IMG/VR virus record: IMGVR_UViG_3300014059_000005
Location: 32,001 to 96,000 of that record
Source: a virus
Lineage: Duplodnaviria; Caudoviricetes
Length of the DNA stretch: 64,000 nt
Reading direction: 5' to 3' (one strand)
Shown: piece after piece, positions 28,901 through 38,238 of the stretch
Position numbering within the stretch: position 1 is the stretch's first letter
Layout: each line of letters begins with the position of its first letter
Position numbers and translations under genes: made by a program
The notes under the pieces: model-generated
What the model was told of the DNA's origin: nothing
Database searches by the model: none
The model's input: the letters and a program-made list of their open reading frames with translations, nothing else

Positions 28901-30790
28901 CCAGACGGGTATGGTCCTCTGGGCAATGCCGAAGCCTACCAGGCAGCTATCGATCTATTGCATACTGCTACCAATGGGAAATACACAGGCCCCGAAGTTT
29001 CTCCGGATCGTCCATCTCCACGAGTAAACAAGAGCGAGAGCATAACGGCTCAGAAATTGGATAAGAGAGATACCCAGAAACTTCGGGATAAATATGAAGA
29101 AGGATCGGATCCGCGAAAAACCTATGAATCTGGATTGTCACCTTCCGGAACTAATAAGTATGTGGCCAGAAGAATGGCGGCTCTGGCAAGGGCTGTACAA
29201 GAAGGGGAGTTGCCGAATAACGAAGTTTTGAACAAGGTGCCCCGTTGGATCCAAGAAGCTGCTGATGATCCCTATGGCTATGGGGCATTTCGCACCGAGG
29301 AAAACTACCAGAACGCGATCAACCTCCTGCATACTGCCACCGGAGGAGCCTACAAAGGTCCAGAGGGAATCGAAAAGACCCCCCAGAAAGGCTCCGTGGA
29401 GGCAGCAAGAGAAACCACCACCGAGAAGCCCACCACCGACACCGAGGCTCTCACTCCCGAAGATGTGCAGCAACAGGAGGTCGAGCAGGAGACTGCTACT
29501 CCTAGCAACGAAACTCCGAAAACTGCATCGCAGAATTCGCAGCCACGACCCACACTGAATAATGCGTCATCTACGAGCCCGGCTGCCAAGAAACGTCTAC
29601 CAGATCCCCAGAAGGATTTCCCTGGGTTCATTCGGGACATCCAGTCGATTGCTGATGGTTTGGATAGGGGTTGGGGTCCCAACAAGGTATACATTTCCGA
29701 TGTCTACAACGCTTTGAAAGAGGCGAATCCTGGACTCACCCCAGAGTATTTCAAGTGGGCGCTCAAGGTTGCCAATCAGAGGGGATTGTTAAGTCTTAGC
29801 CGTGCCGATCTGGTTCAGGCCATGAATCCAGAAACGGTGAAAGCAAGCGAAATCAATATGAGTCCTGGAGCATCTGCTCACGAATCTACGGGATATGGTG
29901 CCACTACATCGCATTTCATCCTTTCCTCCTCTACGGATAGGTTGCAGCCAAAGGACATCGTAGACGGCGAGATGTATGAACAAGGGAGAGGTAATGAGAA
30001 GGGATCTCGCGAAGACATAGCATCGGTATATTCCGAGATGCAAAAGAAAGAGACGCAAGATACGGATAAACCACGGGTCGAGCCCAACAAGAGCAATCTG
30101 TCCAGATTCCGCAGGAATAAGGTAGGAGAAGGAGGTCTCAAGCCTCCCAGAATCGGTAGCAAGCAACCAGCAACGGCCCAGGAAGCTACTGGTGGAACTC
30201 AGGAGACCACCCCCGAACAGCAGTCACAGCAGCCTGTGGGCAATGAACCTGTTGCATCCGAAGCAGTCAGCAAACCCACGAGCCCCCGATCAGCAACCAA
30301 GACAACCTCCAAACCTTCTACCTCTACCGTCGCAAAAGCTTTCCGCGATCTGGACACCGAGAACTTCAACCAGGTCTCCCTGGACAAACTCCTGGCCAAG
30401 ACTGGATATACCCCAGAGCAACTCCACGGGGTGGTTCGGGATATGGTCAAGCGGGGACTGCTGACCACCCAGGGTCCAGAAGGGAGACATGGCCTGTCCC
30501 CCGCAGAGCGAGAGGCCATGATCCCACCTGGTGATGATTTCATGCAGGGGGTGATGTACGTCTCCGTGCCCACCGGCAAGGAGGAGGAATTCACCAGGAC
30601 TATCAAGGAAGGCAAGGAAACAGGTCCGACCAAGGGCGATGCCGTAGCGACTTCTGGGGAGGGGGTGGAATCCTTCGATTGGGGTTCTGAAGGATCGGCA
30701 CAACCAACCAGGAAAACAGAGACTCCCAAGCGAGCCGTTCGGGACAGGGAGACCGTTACCCCCAAACCTCCCAGAATCCGAAAGAAGTAA
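25997..30790 (+). CDS. Giant head-associated polyprotein: N-terminal 2H phosphoesterase (Acb1/gp57B-like), acidic linker, four helical repeats, two winged-helix-like domains
   Basis: PHVTIKYG and YHPHLTLAYV HxT pair; EETP repeats; four D..G(W/Y)G repeats; lies upstream of the prohead protease. Confidence 0.8.
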   Translation: MSMDAITLLGYLTKDLQQTQESPEAKVKYGYLGAILPPRLANQITDWVRKNIPNSVLGAGGRETTPHVTIKYGFIQSGPETLRAVQHYLSTVRPFPIKLLGVSLFKGNPDGDVLKIDVESQELRRLNREFSSRFRCHDKHPHYHPHLTLAYVDPRHSGMLVRRVPYFLPTEVMIDTLEFSTPEREKTHIHLSRGLKAMSYLNNLTGGALVGARVPERLQEKKRSKLLWERKALKSPQAGSRMHEEKQMSEEDVKASLIADVLASVLTPNPSGQKFLTGYLVKGYEEKKDSRGRRYCYDPDKKPSRIPCRVKDEAEKTGGGNQQTPQQQAPAQGAQGPAQDPTTQGQEAAQEAQQGAQEGPQDAPQGEQKQKRRYARRGSNKVTLDDARAKIAEVKAKIAELKGEPIPEELVNGLIQTLWDMTVVNLKALRKEVGARTAPRKPELIDKIKNVVAVPAEETPAEEPVAEPMAEETPTEETPTEETPEEVPAEEPVAEEVAEETPAEEVPVEETPAEPEPGSFEDDSDLTGEETEAAQTETPEAVEEVAPEATQTPEPTPEQSQETPQETPQEQIQEETQEQETPTAPREPRKLDRKEAAGLINKYGVGKPGANTPLHKEAPDVAILVDDIANAVADGERPAGKDVRKLMDVVEEAAYDPDGWGKLGNRETYEDLRDLVLTASKNRYEPTDPVEKSGEVTPRGETKPKGPVADRFATKATDIKPVDAARADEIAKKYGMRQGSKLRSRDTMMATAVEGLAQAVKQGGQANARLIEKVTEQLDAAARDETGYGVFGDQEAYEAIRDLAVQASGGAYEPVAPVEKSQPTTEERVDLQDDVFDEDVGDETEDIGSGNEKQDKLVREYSKREAEKEAELQRREQEAGIGSGTPEGREWLQYQHKGEKSPPQEASTIDAAAAKKLLKILRSNAETGIEPQTALGLRVMARQIAEGREVWDIGRKDLDNLIQQATDDPDGYGPLGNAEAYQAAIDLLHTATNGKYTGPEVSPDRPSPRVNKSESITAQKLDKRDTQKLRDKYEEGSDPRKTYESGLSPSGTNKYVARRMAALARAVQEGELPNNEVLNKVPRWIQEAADDPYGYGAFRTEENYQNAINLLHTATGGAYKGPEGIEKTPQKGSVEAARETTTEKPTTDTEALTPEDVQQQEVEQETATPSNETPKTASQNSQPRPTLNNASSTSPAAKKRLPDPQKDFPGFIRDIQSIADGLDRGWGPNKVYISDVYNALKEANPGLTPEYFKWALKVANQRGLLSLSRADLVQAMNPETVKASEINMSPGASAHESTGYGATTSHFILSSSTDRLQPKDIVDGEMYEQGRGNEKGSREDIASVYSEMQKKETQDTDKPRVEPNKSNLSRFRRNKVGEGGLKPPRIGSKQPATAQEATGGTQETTPEQQSQQPVGNEPVASEAVSKPTSPRSATKTTSKPSTSTVAKAFRDLDTENFNQVSLDKLLAKTGYTPEQLHGVVRDMVKRGLLTTQGPEGRHGLSPAEREAMIPPGDDFMQGVMYVSVPTGKEEEFTRTIKEGKETGPTKGDAVATSGEGVESFDWGSEGSAQPTRKTETPKRAVRDRETVTPKPPRIRKK
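27361..27745 (+). repeat. Low-complexity EETP/EEVP coding repeats
   Basis: GAGGAAACTCCGACT-like 15-bp units. Confidence 0.75.
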
Positions 30791-30792
30791 TC

Positions 30793-31032
30793 ATGATCGG
30801 AAGAGTAATCTCCCCCAAGATCAGTTTCACCCTGGAAGATGACGGATCCGTAACCTCCAGGGATCCCGATATCCAGGAGTTGTTCACCCGCAGGTTCCAG
30901 AACTACCTCATGACCTATGGCCCAGCGGATGGGCCTATGGGTGTCAGATTCCTCAACGATACCGCTAGGTCTCTGGGTGGTAAGGCCCAGATCCAGAAGA
31001 GACCTCCGGCTCCCAAGGGTATTGTGTACTAG
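30793..31032 (+). CDS. Small protein ending PKGIVY, paralogue of 33121-33363 (putative immunity/inhibitor)
   Basis: MIGR...LEDD...F.NY...Y.P..G..G..F......LGG......P..P.G.VY shared pattern. Confidence 0.7.
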   Translation: MIGRVISPKISFTLEDDGSVTSRDPDIQELFTRRFQNYLMTYGPADGPMGVRFLNDTARSLGGKAQIQKRPPAPKGIVY

Positions 31033-31037
31033 GTGTA

Positions 31038-33110
31038 TTGATGCGAACCTCCATCTTGCTATCCCGTGGTAGATCAGCAATTCCCCCCTCTCTGGGGAGA
31101 TCGGGGATACTCCACGCCAGGAGCAAGAAACTCGTCCCACCCAATCCTCCAGGGATCAAGCCCTTGCCAGGAGGTCCGGTTTCGGCACCCATGCCGAACA
31201 CCGCTCCGGGTAATCCCAATGACCCCAACGAGCAAAAGCGCCGATCGGAGATGATTGCCACGATCCTTTGGTACTCGCTGGCGGATAAAGGAACGCGCAC
31301 TACCGAACAGGCCCCGGCAAAAACTACCCCGAAGACTCCTACCAAGACTCCTACCAAGGGCCTGATCATCCGCACCAAGGAGATCATTCAGGACGTAGAC
31401 AGCATTGGTCGGCAGTATTGTGTGGATACCAATCAAGGGGGGTTGCGGGTTCCGTGTCCGGGAGTAGTGGAGGTCCCGGAGAAGAAGGAAAGGGTCAGGA
31501 ACAATCGGGTCTATGAGATGATTGCTGCATTGGGAGAACTACATACGGGTAATCCCAGTGATCGGAAGGTGGATTCCGTATTCAATCGGCTGGACAAACT
31601 CAATGTGGCCGAACTCCAAAAAGTCGTGGATTTCTATGCGGGCCGACCTGGGGCTACTCTTCCCCCCAAGGATGTCAAGGATCAATTAACGGAAGCCGTT
31701 ACCAAGAAGCGGACCAAGCCCTATACCGCCAAGATTCCAGATCCTACCCCGGATGAACCACCTATTCCTCTGCAAGATCCGGGCAAACCTCCACCACCCG
31801 AGGCTGAGGAGACTCCACAACCGCCTCCACCTCCAGAGCCCGAAGCGGAGACTCCTCCAGAGGCCCCAAAACCTCCCAAGGAAAAGAAACCTAGGACCAG
31901 GAAGCCCAAAGCTACCAAAGCCCCCACAACAAAAGCAGATAGGACTGGGAGTCCTCGGAACAAAACAGAGGCTATTCATGACATTGTGGATATTGTTACA
32001 AGAGGAGAGCAATCGACTTCACCCGCCCCGGTGACTTCCTCGGAGACATCTTCCACAGAATCAGATACAGAAAAAACGCCCAATACCTCTCAGGAAGGTG
32101 TCTCCATATCGGAGCCATTTGAGGACGAGGGAGACTTTACTGGAGAGGGTGGCGAATCTGAGGTAGCCCAACCAGAGACAACCAAACCCGAAGCACCTAA
32201 ACAATCCACACCCCCTCCAGACAACTCGAATCTGCCCCTGCCAGATGAATTCCAACATCTGGAGGGTGAATCCTCTGGAGAGCAATCACAGACCCCCACG
32301 AAGAAGCCCGTTAGCAAGGGCCAGCAGATTCGGGACATGCTCAAGGGAATGTCTACCGCAGAAGATGAGTTGTTGGACATCGATCTCATAAATTCCAGGG
32401 AGATACAGATCCGGGATGCCATACCCAAGGGCAAGATCCCTCCCAAGGAGGTGCTCGCCGAACTGACGTCTCTGGAACAGGACAGAAAACTGGCCCTACG
32501 GGCAATGGTCGAAAAGAACAAGAGGGCACATCAAACTCTGTTCGAGTCCCTGAAAGGGGACTCGAAGATGTCCCTGGAGGCCAGCACGGGGAGCAAGAGA
32601 GTAGACGTGTCTATAAATTCCGGTTTGGATTTTGTGAACAAGGTGTTTACCGGAGCACCGACATCTCCGAAATACAAAGTCAACAAGGGGTATGATTCAC
32701 GTCCAGGTTATTCCAACGGCAAGATTTTCATGCCGCACATGACTAATCCCGAGAATTCGGTTCACGAGATCGGCCATTTCTTGGAGGATAATGTACCGGG
32801 GGTTTTGGACGCCACCCGGGAGTTCGCATCCAGAAGGTTCGGAGACGAAAAGCCTCAGCGTCTGGTAGACGTATACCCAGACGCGGGCTACGACGCCATA
32901 GAAATGGGTCGCAAGGACAATTTCGACAAACTGCTGCCAACGACGGCTTATTACTTGGGCAAAGAGTACCCGGATGGTACGGAGATCCTGTCCATTGGTC
33001 TGGAATATCTGTACAGGGATCCGGTGTATTTCGCCCAGAAGGACCCCGATTATTTCGACTTCATCGTCGGAATCCTGGACGGCAGCGGGCGCAAGAAGAA
33101 GTCTACCTAA
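31038..33110 (+). CDS. Head-associated protein with C-terminal zincin metallopeptidase domain
   Basis: HEIGH motif plus downstream EILSIGLE...DPDYFDFIVGIL; Pro/Glu-rich linker. Confidence 0.75.
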   Translation: MMRTSILLSRGRSAIPPSLGRSGILHARSKKLVPPNPPGIKPLPGGPVSAPMPNTAPGNPNDPNEQKRRSEMIATILWYSLADKGTRTTEQAPAKTTPKTPTKTPTKGLIIRTKEIIQDVDSIGRQYCVDTNQGGLRVPCPGVVEVPEKKERVRNNRVYEMIAALGELHTGNPSDRKVDSVFNRLDKLNVAELQKVVDFYAGRPGATLPPKDVKDQLTEAVTKKRTKPYTAKIPDPTPDEPPIPLQDPGKPPPPEAEETPQPPPPPEPEAETPPEAPKPPKEKKPRTRKPKATKAPTTKADRTGSPRNKTEAIHDIVDIVTRGEQSTSPAPVTSSETSSTESDTEKTPNTSQEGVSISEPFEDEGDFTGEGGESEVAQPETTKPEAPKQSTPPPDNSNLPLPDEFQHLEGESSGEQSQTPTKKPVSKGQQIRDMLKGMSTAEDELLDIDLINSREIQIRDAIPKGKIPPKEVLAELTSLEQDRKLALRAMVEKNKRAHQTLFESLKGDSKMSLEASTGSKRVDVSINSGLDFVNKVFTGAPTSPKYKVNKGYDSRPGYSNGKIFMPHMTNPENSVHEIGHFLEDNVPGVLDATREFASRRFGDEKPQRLVDVYPDAGYDAIEMGRKDNFDKLLPTTAYYLGKEYPDGTEILSIGLEYLYRDPVYFAQKDPDYFDFIVGILDGSGRKKKST

Positions 33111-33120
33111 TTGGTGCAAA

Positions 33121-33363
33121 ATGATTGGACGCATCATACTCGATGGCGGGGACATCGTTCTGGAAGACGATATGACCATTAGCTGTCAGATTCCGGAAGC
33201 CCAGCGACTGTACCAGATGAAGTTCGACAACTACATGGAGTACGCTTACTCCCCCTCTCGTGGTGCCCCCGGCTACGAATTCATGCACCTGCTCAGTCGG
33301 CAACTGGGGGGCCGGTTGGAGATGAGACCGCCACCCCCTCTGAAGCCCGGGGTGGTATACTAG
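33121..33363 (+). CDS. Small protein ending KPGVVY, paralogue of 30793-31032 (putative immunity/inhibitor)
   Basis: ATG at 33121; sequence pattern shared with 30793-31032. Confidence 0.7.
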   Translation: MIGRIILDGGDIVLEDDMTISCQIPEAQRLYQMKFDNYMEYAYSPSRGAPGYEFMHLLSRQLGGRLEMRPPPPLKPGVVY

Positions 33364-33450
33364 TCCCCTAGCGGCTCACCCATCCACGACAACCCAAGTT
33401 GCCGTAAATTCCTACGTTGGCAATAATTCGAGAGAGGTCTAGGATTCCTC

Positions 33451-33654
33451 ATGGCTGATAACAAGCCTACCCAAGCTGAGATCGAGGAACAGTTCCGCGA
33501 GCAGCTTGAAGACCTGGTCCAGATCGGTACGAAGCTGGCAGCGGTTTGCTCCTCGGTAACGGAACTCGTGGAGCTAATGGAACTGGCCAGGACCAATGAC
33601 GGTCAACTTCGTTTGATCCTCAGTCAAGTTCTGCCACAGGCAACAAAAAAATGA
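33451..33654 (+). CDS. Hypothetical protein
   Basis: 67-aa ORF with ATGA overlap into the protease. Confidence 0.6.
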   Translation: MADNKPTQAEIEEQFREQLEDLVQIGTKLAAVCSSVTELVELMELARTNDGQLRLILSQVLPQATKK

Positions 33655-36563
33655 CTGCTCGTTCGGACATCTTCAGGACTCTCGATGGTCGGGGCAAGAG
33701 CCTCGATTCCACCCGGTGGTCCTACAAGCTGGCCGAAAACAGCTATGGCATGGACGTAGCCTATGCCGATAATCTCCAGATCAACGAGAAGGAGATGTCG
33801 GCCTGGATTCCGATCGCTGATGGGAATCGACGAGATGGTCAGGGTGATGTGCTCCTGGTCACTGGGATCGACACATCCAGGCACGCGGCCAATCCTCTGG
33901 TCTTGTTGGATCATGGAAAACACATCGCGTTGCCCATTGGTCTCATGGAGACCCGGGACACCAAGCAGTACACTTTTGCCATTGATCCTCTGACCAAGAC
34001 TGCTGGTGGTCGCTGCTACTTCTACCAGGGCGGCAACTCAGACTATCTGCCAACGAGTTCCGATTCATCCGGTAAGGCATTCCTGCCTAATAAATCCCAG
34101 CAGTTCGAGCATGCGGTCCTCTGCGAACAGCTGTTCGACATGATGGCCAAGCGTCTCCTGCGATCGGGGTCCATTGGTTATCAGGTCCAGGAAGCAGAAA
34201 GAATCCCCGCTGACTACGCTACAGGAATCCCCCAGGGATTGTTCCTCAAGCGTGTGCTCATGCTCGAAGGCTCTCTGGTGGTCCTGCCTGCCAACCAGGA
34301 CACTGTGCGCAAGGCCCTGGCCATGCCCAGGATCTGTGGCCGTCCCCCTTGTGAGATGCTGGTCAAATCTCTGTCTCCCTACGCCAGCAAACCCAACCCC
34401 GTGGTAATTTCGGGTTTTTCTCCAAAAATCGACAAAACCCTGAGCAATACCCCAACCAGCGAGGTCAGAAAGGTGGCTACCAAAGCACTGGATGGTATCC
34501 GCATGAAATACCGTCAGACCAAGCGGTTGAAGCGCAAATTGAAGTCGTCCAGCAAGGGGGCGGCAGTCGTCCACATCGAGCGCAAGGACATGGACCGTGC
34601 CCGTGAGGAGTCCGGCAAACTGGGCCTCAAGTTCTCCCACATGGGGACACACTCCAGTGGTCGCGAGAAGGTCAAACTGATTGGTGACGACGACAACATC
34701 GATCACGTCGCCAAGATGTTTGGCAAGCCCATGAGTTTCGGGAAGTCGGCGAAGCCTCTGACCAAAAAGAAATCACTCCCTGGGGGGAATATGAAGCAAG
34801 TCAATCACAAGACCAAGGCTCTGCCCCCGGAGGATCCCATGATGGACGATCCGATGGGTGCCCCGATGGATGACCTGGGCGGTATGGAAGAGCCGATGGA
34901 GGACGAGGTCTACTCAGCACAGGTTCTACGGATGATCCACAAGGATCACCAGATCCTGATGGAAGAGTACGACAAGGCCCTCAAGATGCTCGAACACGAG
35001 CACATCCGGGGCTTCATGGAAAAACTCATGACGTCGATCGACTCCCTCCTTACCGAGGTGGAGTCTCTGTTCCAGAAGTTCCATCCCGATCTCCCGGCCC
35101 TGGACGGGGCGATGGACAAGTCTCTCGATGAAGATCAGCCCCTCGACGACGAGGCCCTCGATCAGGAAATCGACGACGAGATGCTCGACGAGGCGGCAGA
35201 CGAGGAAGTAGTGGATGACCTCATGGACGAGGATGTCATGGAGGAAGGTGACCTCGACTCTGCCGACGACTCCGGGACCGAGGAAGTCTCCGAGGATGCC
35301 CCTGAGACAGACGATGTGGAGGCCATCGAGGAGGCCGAGCCCGATTCCACGGACGATCGGGACGGTGAGGAGCCCACCTCCGAGGACGTGGTCCAGGGCA
35401 TGAAGAAGGATCGCGGGATCGGTGCCAAGGGCAAGAAGTCCTTGCCCCAGAAGTCTCTGCCTCGCAAGTGCTCCAAGTGTGGGCCTGGGTGCAAGTGTGC
35501 CGAGTGCCAGAAGAAGTACAAGGGCGACAAGTGCATGAAGGAGCCGAATGCCCGCAAGCCAGGACCATGTCCCGGTGAGCATGACAAGAAGCCTGGTGGC
35601 GGTGCAGCGATTCCTGGTCGGGATGGGGCCAAGCCCCCGCGTGTTGCTGCTTCCAGGCCCGTGGACGGCTCCATCGATATCCCCGAGGCTGACCTGCCCA
35701 AGCCCCGACGCCGTCCCGGCAACGCGGGAACCGTCAATCCCAGGATGGGTGGTCAGCAACTGGAAGCCGACGACGTGACCACTGCTGATGGAGAAATGGC
35801 CGAGACCACGGACCACGAGAACCCCCAGGGCATGCTCTCGCATGACCTCAGTGACGATGAGCGACATGTCGTCCACCGAGCCGGCAAGTTCCTCAATCAC
35901 ACCTCGACCAATCAGGATTGGACCGAGGAGTCCCGGATGAAGGCGTACTACCACCACAAGTCGCTGGAGCCCATCTACGGAATGATCGAGCGGGATGAGG
36001 ATCACCAGCCCGTGGACGACAAGAAGACAGGCCAGAAATCCATTCCTGGCGATAGCCAGTGGGTCCAGGAGGAGGGTCAGGAAGCCGATCATGGTGGTCC
36101 CGACCATGCTCATGGGTCTCATGAGCATCAGGAAATGCACCCTGCTCGTATCAAGTGCATGGGTGCCGGCACCTTCCTGGGAGCCCTGTCCAAGGAGAAG
36201 GCCTTCGGCGAGGCCCACCGAGAGCAGGCCGGCATGCTCGCCAAGGAACTCGAATCTCTACACTCCGAGCACAACGAGGAACAGGAAACTCCTGACCACG
36301 ATGAGCAGGACAAGGAGACCGAGGAGATCCCAGGAGATACCTCAGATACCTCTGGGGATCCCACCACCCAGTATGGTGGGGACAACCCTGGCCCAGATGC
36401 CGCAGAGTCCGATTCCCTGGAGCAGGAGACCCCCGAGCCAGGTGAGATCGGCGAGAAGGGTAATCACAAGCAGAGCACCAAGGAACTGGCCCGCGTGCTC
36501 AGGGACCGCAGCAAGCGGCTCCAGGACATCCAGCGTCGGCTTACTTCCCTGAACTTCAACTGA
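33651..36563 (+). CDS. HK97-type prohead protease fused to a long acidic scaffold-like region
   Basis: RDGQGD...NPLVLLDH...PIG...SIGY...LEGSLVVLPANQD; immediately upstream of the major capsid gene. Confidence 0.85.
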   Translation: MTARSDIFRTLDGRGKSLDSTRWSYKLAENSYGMDVAYADNLQINEKEMSAWIPIADGNRRDGQGDVLLVTGIDTSRHAANPLVLLDHGKHIALPIGLMETRDTKQYTFAIDPLTKTAGGRCYFYQGGNSDYLPTSSDSSGKAFLPNKSQQFEHAVLCEQLFDMMAKRLLRSGSIGYQVQEAERIPADYATGIPQGLFLKRVLMLEGSLVVLPANQDTVRKALAMPRICGRPPCEMLVKSLSPYASKPNPVVISGFSPKIDKTLSNTPTSEVRKVATKALDGIRMKYRQTKRLKRKLKSSSKGAAVVHIERKDMDRAREESGKLGLKFSHMGTHSSGREKVKLIGDDDNIDHVAKMFGKPMSFGKSAKPLTKKKSLPGGNMKQVNHKTKALPPEDPMMDDPMGAPMDDLGGMEEPMEDEVYSAQVLRMIHKDHQILMEEYDKALKMLEHEHIRGFMEKLMTSIDSLLTEVESLFQKFHPDLPALDGAMDKSLDEDQPLDDEALDQEIDDEMLDEAADEEVVDDLMDEDVMEEGDLDSADDSGTEEVSEDAPETDDVEAIEEAEPDSTDDRDGEEPTSEDVVQGMKKDRGIGAKGKKSLPQKSLPRKCSKCGPGCKCAECQKKYKGDKCMKEPNARKPGPCPGEHDKKPGGGAAIPGRDGAKPPRVAASRPVDGSIDIPEADLPKPRRRPGNAGTVNPRMGGQQLEADDVTTADGEMAETTDHENPQGMLSHDLSDDERHVVHRAGKFLNHTSTNQDWTEESRMKAYYHHKSLEPIYGMIERDEDHQPVDDKKTGQKSIPGDSQWVQEEGQEADHGGPDHAHGSHEHQEMHPARIKCMGAGTFLGALSKEKAFGEAHREQAGMLAKELESLHSEHNEEQETPDHDEQDKETEEIPGDTSDTSGDPTTQYGGDNPGPDAAESDSLEQETPEPGEIGEKGNHKQSTKELARVLRDRSKRLQDIQRRLTSLNFN

Positions 36564-36616
36564 TCCGTATCGAGCCTTGGTTATCTGCTTCTTGCTTCGA
36601 CCACCGTCCCGCCTCC

Positions 36617-36631
36617 GGATCAACGGCGATC
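36617..36631 (+). promoter_or_regulatory. GGATCAACGGCGATC motif upstream of major capsid gene
   Basis: Identical 15-mer at 43132-43146 at nearly the same distance from a start codon. Confidence 0.5.
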
Positions 36632-36675
36632 CAGGGTGGGTTCCACTAAAACCGTAACCGTGAGGCGACATTCCA

Positions 36676-38133
36676 ATGGCAACAGCCCCCAACAAGGACC
36701 TTTCCTCGATCGTGGCCGAGCAGGGCAAGCAGATCGATGGTCTGGTCAAATCCCTGGACACCGTGGTGACGCGACTCAAGTCCACCCCGGCACATGGGAT
36801 GCCAACCCCCACCTCTGTCTTCGGAACTCCCAACGTCCGAAGCGGTGAGAACATCATGGGAAGCCGTGGGTTCTCCTTCATGAAAATGCTGGGCATGATC
36901 ACGGGTGCTGTGCCCCGCGAGCAGGCCAAGATCGAACTGGACGTTCACAACCGTCTGCACGATGTCTTCTGCAAGAACCTGGGCGATGCCGGTTACTCCT
37001 ATGGTGGCTCGGGCCACCCCGGTGTCAACAAGTTCATGGCCCCTTTGGCCAGCGGTTTCTTCCAGGAAGGTCTCGTCAACCGAGACTTCCGCAACGAGAT
37101 GAAGTCCCTGGTCGCCGCAGGTGGTGACGGGGCCGATCTCGACCACATGAAATGGATCCGCACCAAGCAGTTCGAGTCGATGGGGTATAGCTCCAAGGCC
37201 CTGTCCTGGCTCAACGAGTTGACGGGTGGTGCCCTGGTGGCTCCCCCCGAGATGGGCGAACTCATCGAACTGCTCCGTAACAAGGAAGCCCTGGTCAACG
37301 CCGGTGCCCGAGTCGTTCCCCTACCTCCGCAGGGACGCCTCAAGTACCCACGGCAGACGTCTGCTTCCCTCACCTACTGGGTGGGTGAAAACACGGCGAT
37401 CACCGAGTCCTCGGTTGGGACTGGCGAGGTGACGCTCCAGGCCAAGAAGCTGGCGGTCCTCATCAAGGCCCCCAACGAACTCATCCGCTTTGCGTCCCCT
37501 GCCGCAGAGGCCCTCCTCCGTGACGACATGACCAAGTCTTTGGCCCTGGGCCTGGACCTGGCCGGTCTCGAAGGTCTGGGTGGCGATACCCGGCCTCTGG
37601 GTATCATCAACCAGCCTGGCATCAACCGGATCACCTCTAGCTCTCCTGGGGCCAACGGTGACGCCCTGGTTGGCCAGGATGTCTACCGTATGATCGCGTC
37701 CATCGAGGAATCGAACGCCGAGATGGAAGGCTGGATCATGCGGCCGAAAACTCTGTACCGCTACTTCCAGCTTCGCTCGGACGCGGTGGCCCAGGGTGAT
37801 TCGGCCGGCATGTTCCTGTTCAATCTGGTCCGCGAGGCTGGGGACTCCATGAGCGCTCCGTCTCTGGGAGGTTTCCCGGTCACGAAGTCCACCCAGGTCA
37901 GCCAGGTCCAATCGAAGGGGACTTCCAGCAATCTGACCTACATCACCTTTGGTATGTGGTCGGACCTCCTGATCGGGATGTTCGGTGCGATCGAGTTTGC
38001 CGCGACCAGCCTGGGTGATACCAGCTTCGTGGCGGATCAGACCTGGATCCGGGCTTTGGTGTCTGCGGACATCGCTCCCCGGCACCCCAGCGCCTTCGGC
38101 GTAATGTCGAATCTGATCGTCGTTCCGAGCTAA
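36676..38133 (+). CDS. HK97-fold major capsid protein
   Basis: GGALVAP...IELLR...YWVGE...VTLQAKKLAVLIKAPNELIR...G.GG..RPLGI...RHPSAF. Confidence 0.95.
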   Translation: MATAPNKDLSSIVAEQGKQIDGLVKSLDTVVTRLKSTPAHGMPTPTSVFGTPNVRSGENIMGSRGFSFMKMLGMITGAVPREQAKIELDVHNRLHDVFCKNLGDAGYSYGGSGHPGVNKFMAPLASGFFQEGLVNRDFRNEMKSLVAAGGDGADLDHMKWIRTKQFESMGYSSKALSWLNELTGGALVAPPEMGELIELLRNKEALVNAGARVVPLPPQGRLKYPRQTSASLTYWVGENTAITESSVGTGEVTLQAKKLAVLIKAPNELIRFASPAAEALLRDDMTKSLALGLDLAGLEGLGGDTRPLGIINQPGINRITSSSPGANGDALVGQDVYRMIASIEESNAEMEGWIMRPKTLYRYFQLRSDAVAQGDSAGMFLFNLVREAGDSMSAPSLGGFPVTKSTQVSQVQSKGTSSNLTYITFGMWSDLLIGMFGAIEFAATSLGDTSFVADQTWIRALVSADIAPRHPSAFGVMSNLIVVPS

Positions 38134-38148
38134 CCAAGAGTCCCAAAC

Positions 38149-38233
38149 GGTCTTCCTTTCGGTGGGGGGTGCGGGTTGCAAACCAATCCCCCCACTGTTT
38201 AACCGAAAGCGAAGACCAGACAGAAAGGAAGAC
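38149..38233 (+). promoter_or_regulatory. Structured intergenic RNA (nested hairpin, possible anti-SD) upstream of LAGLIDADG gene
   Basis: GTGGGGGG...CCCCCCAC inner stem; GTCTTCCTTTC (38150-60) is complementary to GAAAGGAAGAC (38223-33). Confidence 0.5.
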
Positions 38234-38238
38234 GTAAG

